Shown piece after piece: positions 12,103 to 19,843 of a stretch of 49,139 bases of DNA (position 1 is its first letter; each line of letters begins with the position of its first letter). The notes under the pieces were generated by a model, which did not search any database, was not told where the DNA came from, and saw nothing but the letters and a program-made list of their open reading frames with translations. Source of the DNA: Cyanophora paradoxa CCMP329. Taxonomy: Eukaryota; Plantae; Glaucophyta. Position numbers and translations under genes: made by a program. The stretch is from contig QPMI01000140.1 in NCBI GenBank assembly GCA_004431415.1, positions 1-49,139 of the forward strand, in the 5' to 3' direction.

Positions 12103-13161
12103 ATGTCGGTCGCTGTCCCTCTATTTACCTATGCTGCCAGCGTGAATCACAAGGGCGATCACACGATTAAGGAGACCACCCTCGGAAACCAGGCCACCGA
12201 GGCCCCCTACAACGCCACGGCCGTCCCCTTTTCCGAGGCCGACCTCGTCCGCGTCGGCGAGCTGCGCTGCGACAAGATGCGCACGCGGGAGGGCGGGTCG
12301 GCCGTGCCGGGGCGCGTGAGGACGCAGAGGCTCACCGTCACGAACGGGGCCTGGGACGGGAGCGGGTACACCACGAATCAGGTGACCTTTAATGGGACTG
12401 TGAACGGGGAGGGAATGCGGCTCTGTATGTGCAAGGAGGCGGAGCAAACGTGGTGGGGGGCTTAGGGTGAGCGGGGCTTCAAACTTGGCGGGCATCGTTA
12501 CATTGGACGATAAGCTGCAAATTACCGGAACGTCACCGTACATAAATGGCGGTGGTTCAGGCGTAGCTATAAAGTACAACGAAAACGATAGACTCCTCTG
12601 TGGGACTCTTGGCGTTGGTGTTACAGGTACTCTATTTACCTCGGCAATCGAAGGCCCTACTAATGGCCTAAGCATAGCAAACACTTCAATCGTTGATAGC
12701 GGAAGCGTCAGCTCTGGTCTATCCTTGAGAAACAACGGCACCGAACGACTGCTGTGCGGAACCGTCGGCGTTGGCATCACGGGTCGGCTCATCGTCTCGA
12801 CGCTCACGGGCGATGGAAACCGAGCCGTTTATTCGGATGCTCAAGGATACCTGACAAACTCGTCGAGCGATAGCCGCCTGAAAGAAAATGTCGCGAGCAT
12901 GTCGGGCATTCTCCCTCTTCTGCTGCAGCTGAATCCCGTGTCGTTCACCTGGAAGAACACATCCTCGGGGGGTTCGAAAACGGATTACGGTCTCATCGCA
13001 CAGGAAGTCCAAGGCGTCTTCCGAGTCTCGTTTTCGAGAACGCGGATGGATTTCTCGGGGTAAACTACGACAGGCTCATTTCCCTGTCGTTGAAGGCAAT
13101 TCAGGAACTTTCACAAGAAGTTCAAACTCTCAAAGACCAGGTAGCGGCACTGGCGAGCTGA
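12103..13161 (+). CDS. Fiber protein with C-terminal Peptidase_S74 intramolecular chaperone domain (frameshifted)
   Basis: SSDSRLKENV...LNPVSFTWK...YGLIAQEVQ, then GVNYDRLISLSLKAIQELSQEVQTLK coiled coil. Internal repeat RLLCGTxGVGxTGxL occurs twice. Confidence 0.88.
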
Positions 13162-13181
13162 TCTGGAACAACTAGGAATAA

Positions 13182-15316
13182 CTACACCGCGAGTATCACA
13201 ATTCGACCGTTGCCACCGTCGCTGAAAGACGAGCCACCGTTGCCGCCCCTACCAATGCCTGCTGCGTAGTGAGCGTCTCCGCTATTTCCTGCCACCTGGC
13301 CGGACCCAGGATACACCGTAGCATCCGTCAAGTTTCCTATGTAGCTCGAGCCACCGCCACCTCCAAACATTCTTGCTATTGGGTTCTCTGACACTCCGCT
13401 CCTGCTGGACCCAGAGCCTCCACCGAAGTAACCACCACCACCACCACCACCGAACCTGTAGCCGCTTGAATCAGGCCCAGTCTCTCCACCTTGGCGCAAA
13501 GTTCCCGGGTTGCTGGGCCTGGCCCCTGAGGCCACAACACCGGCTCCGCCAGCGGTTTGGGTGCCTCCTTGAGCCGGTATCTCTCCGGTTACTCCAACCA
13601 ACCCAGCCGCACCACCGGTCAACCCCCGCCTACTCCCCCGCCGCCATTCGAATCACATGTACCCCCACCTCCGGCCCCTGCAACAACCAAGTCGGTCCCT
13701 GCAACGCGCTGAATTGCAGAACGACCACCACCGGCGCCGTTTTTGTACTCCGGATCGACGCTATGGCTCCAGCCCCTTCCACCACCTCCGTAGACGGTAG
13801 CAGTGGCAGTCCCCGATACACCCTTTGGGCCGCCGCATCCAACAACAAGGATGAGCGTCTCCCCCGAGGACACAGCCAATGTACCAACTACGCAAGCACC
13901 CGCGCCTCCACGGACCCCCGTACCTGCGCGTTCTCCGCCTCCACCCCCGGCCGCCCATACGATGACACGCACAGCCACAGTCCCCGTTGGTACTACGAAA
14001 GTCTGGTCGGCCCGGTGTAGGAGAATGTACCCAAAACAGGAGCGTTTGCAGTTGTTGCACTGGCAGACGAGGACTGAGGGCCTTCCTCGCCGATCTGGTT
14101 GACGCCCTTGATGGTGTAAGTGTAAGTGGTTCCGTAAACGGTCGTTGTGTCCGAAAAGGGCTGCTCGTGTCGCTGGCAAGGAACACGCCACCCCTGTAGA
14201 TGTTGTAGGAGACGGTGACGCCCGTCACCGGCACCGACCACTCGAGCACAACAGGCTGTGCTGCCCCGCCGCGGGGGTTGCAGTGAGCCCAGTGGGCGCC
14301 CCGGGTCCGTGGTGACGTACGCCGCAATACTCTTCGGCCCCTCCCCTCCGTGTTCGTCGCGGAGATCTGGTACTCGTACCCTGTACCCCAGACGGTGGTC
14401 GTGTCGCTGTAGGAGTTGGTCGCGGAGTCTGTGAGGTAGGCCCCGTCTCTGTAAATCTTGTATCCCGTCGCTCCCGTGGACGCAGTCCAGCTGAGGCTGA
14501 CAGGCTGCTGCTGGTCGTTGGGTGCTGATGCCGTCACGTTCGTGGGGGCGTTTGGCATAGTCCAGACCAGGAGCGGATCGGACTTGTCGTATTCGACACC
14601 GCCCACGATGCCGGCCACCTGGTAAGAGTATTCCGTGCCCCACGTAAGAGCAGTGCTATCGTCAATGTACGAGGTAGACAGGGCACTGCTCGCAAATCCG
14701 ATTGGCGTACCGTTCCTGTAAATTCGAATCGAGTCCGCGCCCTCCATGGCCACCCAGTTGATTGTGACGACTATGGCGGGTTTCGGGAAGCCCGAAGACG
14801 CGGGGCCGCCCCGGCAATAAAATCGCCGTAGGTCTGGGCCGTGGCGGTCGTGAGCGTGGTGTAGGCTTCGATCTGCGGGCTGAAGCCGCCTATGCCTTGG
14901 AAGAGAATGTAATTGCTCATGGCACCCTCGTGGGTGTAGAGAAGCGACTGTGCGTAGGTTGTGGGCGGGGCTTTGCCATCAGAGCCCGTGCTGCTGCTGC
15001 CCTGTTCGCGAACCGCCGCCACGCGGTAGAGTCGCTGGGCCCCCAAACTAAAGGGAGAGTCCGTGTAGGTGACGGTTGGCGCATTCACCGTGGCCACGAG
15101 ATCCCAGGGGCCGTTGATGCTGGTCGCCCTGTACACCTTGTACTTGACGGCGTTGGTGACCGCGACCCAGTTCAGCTGAAAGCCGTACGTACTGTTCCCG
15201 TTGTTGAGCACGGAGCCCGATCGCACCTGGGGCCTGCCCACAGTCAGCGAGATCGGCTCCACGCCATACTGCGGAGCCTGCACCACCTGCTTTTTCACGA
15301 ATACGAAGCGGGGCAT
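13182..15316 (-). CDS. FN3-repeat protein with C-terminal glycine-rich (ALK/LTK-like) domain; putative receptor-binding fiber (frameshifted)
   Basis: About four FN3-like units (LNWVAVTNAVKYKVYR, LSWTASTGATGYKIYRDG...YEYQISATN, LEWSVP...SYNIYRGG). Then [41 protein letters not shown] and GGNGRIVI. Confidence 0.85.
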
Positions 15317-15355
15317 TTTCCTCTACGATCCGAAAAAATATCTGCCCCGGGGTAA
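15317..15355. promoter_or_regulatory. Compact bidirectional viral promoter
   Basis: 39 bp between divergent ATGs. The minus strand reads TTTTTTCG-N14-ATG and the plus strand AATATCT-N12-ATG (TAAATG); both match the element-wide motif. Confidence 0.55.
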
Positions 15356-15994
15356 ATGACTTCCAACTGGTACCAGACCCTCAGCGGCTCACTTGACGTT
15401 GGCAACAACACCAAGGATTTCGCACGCCTACGTGATTCAGGTCGTTCAGAACGCCTACGCCACGCCCAAGATTTATTCCTACCAGCTCTTCTTCGACCCT
15501 CTGAGCCTCAGCGCAGAGGTTATCGAGCTGCTGCACGAATCAGGACTCGTGAAAAAGGTGGCACCTGCCACGGCCACTGCCAACGTCTTGCGCTGTCTCG
15601 AGGTCAAGTTCAGGGAGACGGGGTACGGCCCCACCGTGAACCGGTACCCCAGTTCTTCGAATCTTCCGGGTACGGGAACTTACCAGATGAGGGGTACGCT
15701 CAAGGGCGACGTGCTCTTCACGAAATTCAATCCAAGTCCCGCGACCCTGGGGCCCTCTACACGGGCGGCAACCCACGCGGCTCGACTCTACCCCGCTTCC
15801 CCTTCACCTTTTTCAGGTTCCAGGTCTTCCCCCTCTCCTACGCCGCCGACCAGCCCCACTTCAGCACGGGCGCCAGCCTCTGCGCGGAGCTGCGTGAGTG
15901 CTCGATTTCCTACGCGTACGGCACCGACGCTGACTCTGTGCCTGGGGCCCGCGTCATGAACATCGGTGGCGACATCACCCTCTTTCACGGATAA
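15356..15994 (+). CDS. Beta-rich hypothetical virion protein A (paralog of 16018-16829), frameshifted
   Basis: Shares blocks with the next gene: FFDPLSLSAEVIELLHESGLVKKVAP, RCLEVKF, NPRGSTLPRFPFTFFRF, GASLCAELRE. Confidence 0.6.
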   Translation: MTSNWYQTLSGSLDVGNNTKDFARLRDSGRSERLRHAQDLFLPALLRPSEPQRRGYRAAARIRTREKGGTCHGHCQRLALSRGQVQGDGVRPHREPVPQFFESSGYGNLPDEGYAQGRRALHEIQSKSRDPGALYTGGNPRGSTLPRFPFTFFRFQVFPLSYAADQPHFSTGASLCAELRECSISYAYGTDADSVPGARVMNIGGDITLFHG

Positions 15995-16017
15995 TCTTTC
16001 TCATTTGAGGTCGCAAA

Positions 16018-16829
16018 ATGCCGACCACCTCGGCCACCATCGTGAAGACCGTGTCTGCCGGCTCGATCGTCCCGATTTCTACGGCAACGCTGGGAACGTG
16101 GCCAACGCAGGGACGGACAAGGTGGAGTGGGACGGAAACTACGCCACCCCGCTCACCGTGAGGGTCCAGAATCCCGTCATGTTGCGCGTCACCTCCAACG
16201 ATTTCGAGAATCCCGCCTCCTGCTCCGTGTACGTGTACTTTGACATCGACTCGGGCGTGAGCGCGGATGAGGCGGAGGCGCTCTGGCTCTCGGGCCTCCT
16301 GAAAAAGATAGAGCCCTCTGTGCCTGATCGGCCCGCCATTCGCGTGCTCGAACTCAAGTTCACCGCTAACACCGCCCTCACTCGCAAATTCGGGAATGGT
16401 GCGAATCCGAACATCAAAACGCATTTAGATGGCGCCCTCATCGATGCCACACACAAGACCACGCAGGCCGTTCCCTTTGAGATGTACAACCTCTGGAAGA
16501 TGACCGCAAAGGAGATGATGACGAATGCCACCACGGGCGGCGCCTCGGGTACCGATTATTCATACGGCGCCTCGAATCCCCGTACCCAGGTCTGGCCCCG
16601 GCTCCTCTTCACGAAATTCACTTTCAAATTGTACAACAACATCGCCGGAATGCCTACCTCTGGAATGGTCGTGGGCTCTACCCTCATGGCCGAACTAATT
16701 GAGGCAGAGGCGGACTACACGACTGCGACTACCAACTCGACAGCGCCAGGCGCCGGAGCCGAAGTTTACGTGGCCTGGGAAACGGTCGGTCGCGAGTACG
16801 ACACCAAGATTCACACCACTAGCGTCTAG
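16018..16829 (+). CDS. Beta-rich hypothetical virion protein B
   Basis: AAAATG at 16018 (MPTTSATIVK, then a frameshift). YFDIDSGVSADEAEALWLSGLLKKIEP, RVLELKF, NPRTQVWPRLLFTKFTF, GSTLMAELIE. Confidence 0.65.
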
Positions 16830-17182
16830 ACTGGCTAAGCTGCATTAGCACCTGTGTCGCCTCCATCATCTCCCGAATCTCCTCGCTCTTCTCCTGTAAA
16901 TTGGCGTACCCCCTCCTCTTCTTGCGAATCTCCGACATTGATGCCCAGCGCAGGTTCTCCCTCCTGTAGTCCAGCGGGTTGCCGTTGATGTGTTCCACGT
17001 AGCGTCCACGTGGCGACTTCCCGAGGATCAGCTGGAGAGGTAGTGCTTGCGCCCTCCAAACGTCTTGCTCACCCTGTCCCTGTCCACTCTCCAGGGAAAC
17101 TCCAAGGCACTCGGGGTACGTCCGAGTTGACCAGGACGTTGTAGGCGACGTCTTGCGAGTCGGTGCACCGGAGCAGGGCCAT
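16819..17182 (-). CDS. HNH_3-type (I-HmuI-like) homing endonuclease domain protein, probably catalytically degenerate; not in the ORF track
   Basis: TTTTCT motif upstream of an AAAATG at 17182. Manual translation: MALLRCTDSQDVAYNVLVNSD...FPWRVDRDRVSKTFGGRKHYL.QLILGKSPRGRYVEHINGNPLDYRRENLRWASMSEIRKKRR...QSRR*. Confidence 0.75.
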
Positions 17183-17206
17183 TTTGCCCTAGGTTCAGAA
17201 AAACCT

Positions 17207-17285
17207 GGGACTTGGGACTTGGGACTTGGGACTTGGGACTTGGGACTTGGGACTTGGGACTTGGACTTGGGACTTGGGACTTGGG
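17207..17285 (+). repeat. (GGGACTT)n heptamer array, copy 1 (11 units, one with GG)
   Basis: Read directly; bounded by CCT on the left and GGGAAGAGTT on the right. Confidence 0.97.
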
Positions 17286-17436
17286 AAGAGTTGAAACCCA
17301 GGTCCCGGCCCAGACTTTCTCCAGGATCAGAAATTTGTCAGACAAGTCAGGTGAGTTTTTCTACCGACTTTTTTACTCCTACCACTCCTCATACTCTTTT
17401 TTACTCGTAGTCTTTTTTACTCGTAGTCTTTTTTAC

Positions 17437-17628
17437 TCGTATCCCATCTCGTACCCTCCTTCTCTCGACATCTCACACGAAAACTCCTACCCCTCTTCAC
17501 ATCCGTTTTCGGTTGCATACTCTCGTGAGCTTTCATGTCCAGTATCATGCTACAAGTCGTACACCAGTTCAGACTCTACCTCGCTTGAAATCTCACCTGG
17601 AATGTCACCAGAAACGTCATATGCAGAT
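17437..17628 (+). repeat. Degenerate 12-bp-period array: 16 units of TC+N10
   Basis: TC at 17437, 17449, 17461 ... 17617 without exception. Preceded by 16-bp CTTTTTTACTCGTAGT repeats. Confidence 0.85.
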
Positions 17629-17728
17629 TTCCGTACCCCTCTACATGTCTGCCCGGTGGTTAGGGACTTGGCGCGGCAAACTCTCAGATCCAGAGAGATT
17701 CTGGGCCCAGACCCTGAGTCTAACTCTT

Positions 17729-17780
17729 CCCAAGTCCCAAGTCCCAAGTCCCAAGTCCCAAGTCCCAAGTCCCAAGTCCC
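17729..17780 (-). repeat. (GGGACTT)n heptamer array, copy 2 (7 units), inverted relative to copy 1
   Basis: CCCAAGT x7 on the + strand, with the same AACTCTT/CCCAGG boundaries as copy 1. Confidence 0.97.
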
Positions 17781-17854
17781 AGGATCGCGCCAAGTCGTAA
17801 CTGAATAGTCGGCCAATTTTTACAAGTATGTACAATGGAATGACGCAATACTAT

Positions 17855-18916
17855 TTACAGCATCTCAAAGTCAGAGTCATCGTCATCGGAAACCAACTCA
17901 ATGAGGCCCTCGGGCGCCGACTTAAGGGGAATGCGGGGAAGGGACTGCGCTGCCTGCACCAAGTCCTGCCGCTCGCGCTCGCGCTGCGCCGCCAAGGCCG
18001 CTGCCGCCTCTGCCTCGCGCTGCTGCTGAGCCTCGATGCGCGCCTTGAGCTCGGCCGCCTCCTTCTGCTTGCGCTCGGCGATCCGCGCCTTGTTGATCTG
18101 GTACTGGACAAGGCGCTCGTGGCGCCGCTTGCGCTCCAACTCCTTGCGGAGCTCGTTGCAGAGGACGCGCTTCTCAATGGTCTTGACGTGCTGAGTCAGG
18201 CGCTCGCTGTAGTGTGACGTCACGCGAGAACGGGCAATGCCGGCGCCGAGCTTCAAGTCCTTCTCGTGTGCCTTGGCGGGGTCCTTGACGCGCTCGGAGT
18301 TGTCGGTGAATGACGTAGTCTCCATGAACTTCTTCTTGACGATTGACTTGGTCTTGATAATGCGGCGCTTGCGAGTCGGGTTTTCGTTGTCGCCTTCAGA
18401 GTCAGAAGACGACTCAGAGTCGTATGGAATCGGCACGTCAAAGTCGATGAAGTCGTTGATGTCAGACTCGACGTCAGAGGCCTCGGACTTGGCGTCATCG
18501 GCGGGCTCGGGGCGGGCTCGGCGACGGGCTGAGGGGCAGATGACGACGATGACGGAGGGGGTAATTCGTGAAGACTTGAGGGGGTAGGCCCAGGCGAGCG
18601 TCTCGGCAGCAGACTCGGCGAAAAGCTTGGGGTCGCCCCAGCCGTTGGCGGTCTTGACCCAGCCGGGACGGGGGCACGTCGACGGGGGCTCGGGCTTGGG
18701 TTGCTTGGACTTGGATTTCTTGGCCTTGGACGTGAAGGCGGACTTGGGAGAAGTTGCACTTCGGGGCCAGTGGCGCGTAAGATGCATAATTGTAGATGTA
18801 CCCCAGAGCGTCGGCGCGCTGCTCCATCTCAGGGTAGCCCCTTGAGTGCCACCGGAGTTAGCCCACGTTGCTTGGACAAAGGCGAAGTCCTCGGCAAGCT
18901 CAGCGGGAATCGACAT
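17855..18916 (-). CDS. Hypothetical nuclear protein: acidic tract, NLS-like RKRR, coiled coil, C-terminal SIM-like motif
   Basis: ATG at 18916 (MSIPAELAEDF) immediately after a splice-acceptor-like tract. Ends LIELVSDDDDSDFEML*. Confidence 0.65.
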   Translation of the reverse strand: MSIPAELAEDFAFVQATWANSGGTQGATLRWSSAPTLWGTSTIMHLTRHWPRSATSPKSAFTSKAKKSKSKQPKPEPPSTCPRPGWVKTANGWGDPKLFAESAAETLAWAYPLKSSRITPSVIVVICPSARRRARPEPADDAKSEASDVESDINDFIDFDVPIPYDSESSSDSEGDNENPTRKRRIIKTKSIVKKKFMETTSFTDNSERVKDPAKAHEKDLKLGAGIARSRVTSHYSERLTQHVKTIEKRVLCNELRKELERKRRHERLVQYQINKARIAERKQKEAAELKARIEAQQQREAEAAAALAAQRERERQDLVQAAQSLPRIPLKSAPEGLIELVSDDDDSDFEML

Positions 18917-19255
18917 CTGCGCAAAGGGAAAAGAAATCAGCAAAGGCAAAACGTGAGGTGACTGTGAGGGCGGACTTGTGAAAATTCGGAGAGGCGGGGT
19001 TTCCTTGGGCTGAGAGAAGGCGGCGAACCCGTTTCAAGAGTGAGCCAAAATGGCGGCGGACCGCGGTTTTGTGGGCGATTTTTTTCGCGGTCTAGTTCGC
19101 AACGGAAAACGTTGCCAACTGGCCTGAAAAAAGCCAAATTTAGCGTTGGACCGAAGGCAGAAAAAGGGAGCCGGCCTGACGGAAATCGCCCGAGTGCGTC
19201 CGCCGAAGGTCGAGTCTCGGATGGGGGGTACACCCTCAGGGGCCCCCCTGGCCCC

Positions 19256-19726
19256 TCACCCTGGTAGTGCCCTCTCAAAGGGATTTTCGAAGCCGTACAA
19301 TTCTTGGTAAGTCTCGTAATCCGGGCTGTACCCCCTCACAATCTGCGGGAGCCCCATTGAAAGCCTCCGTCTATCCTCTCTCAATTCCCTGCGGAAAAGT
19401 CTACGGTCTTCTCGAGCTTCGCGTGTCACGCCAGCTGGGCGTGGTCTATGATTGTTAGGGTTGTCGTAGCCTGGTCCCACCAGCCTCACGAAATTTTCGC
19501 GTATGGCCTCGGGGAGGCTCTGGAAACGGCTCGTCGCGTGGAACTCAATCCATTCATTGAATCGACGCGGATATTGACGGATGACTTCAAGCACGCCCTG
19601 TGTGTTGGGCTCTGGTGTTACGTCGGGGATGTCATGTCCCGTGAGGTGCCAACGCCAGAACTCGCGCAACCTCTCGAATGCCATATTCAACTCAAAGGGA
19701 AAATCGTAATAGAGATTGCCTGACAT
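19256..19726 (-). CDS. Hypothetical viral protein, 156 aa
   Basis: Intact ORF MSGNLYYDFPFELNMAFERLREFW..., preceded by TTTTCG-N13-ATG. Confidence 0.65.
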   Translation of the reverse strand: MSGNLYYDFPFELNMAFERLREFWRWHLTGHDIPDVTPEPNTQGVLEVIRQYPRRFNEWIEFHATSRFQSLPEAIRENFVRLVGPGYDNPNNHRPRPAGVTREAREDRRLFRRELREDRRRLSMGLPQIVRGYSPDYETYQELYGFENPFERALPG

Positions 19727-19784
19727 TTTTCTCCCCGTCCGAAAATTTCCCCGCTTTTGGGTCCAGACTCTGATTCCAACTCTT

Positions 19785-19843
19785 CCCAAGTCCCAAGTCC
19801 CAAGTCCCAAGTCCCAAGTCCCAAGTCCCAAGTCCCAAGTCCC
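19785..19843 (-). repeat. (GGGACTT)n heptamer array, copy 3 (8 units)
   Basis: CCCAAGT x8 with the same flank (GGGTCCAGACTCTGATTCCAACTCTT) and CCCAGG end. Confidence 0.97.

Noticed and set aside
17153-17835. ORFs containing GLGTWDL / SQVPSPK repeats
   Set aside because: These are translations of the 7-bp array, which has no stops in any frame; they are not evidence of a protein.
19046-19057. YY1-like CAAAATGGCGGC motif
   Set aside because: Single occurrence, with no evidence that the factor is relevant in this host.
17207-19843. Heptamer arrays as a true chromosome end or a CRISPR array
   Set aside because: The arrays are short, internal and in both orientations with genes between them. 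There are no 25-45-bp repeats with spacers and no cas genes.
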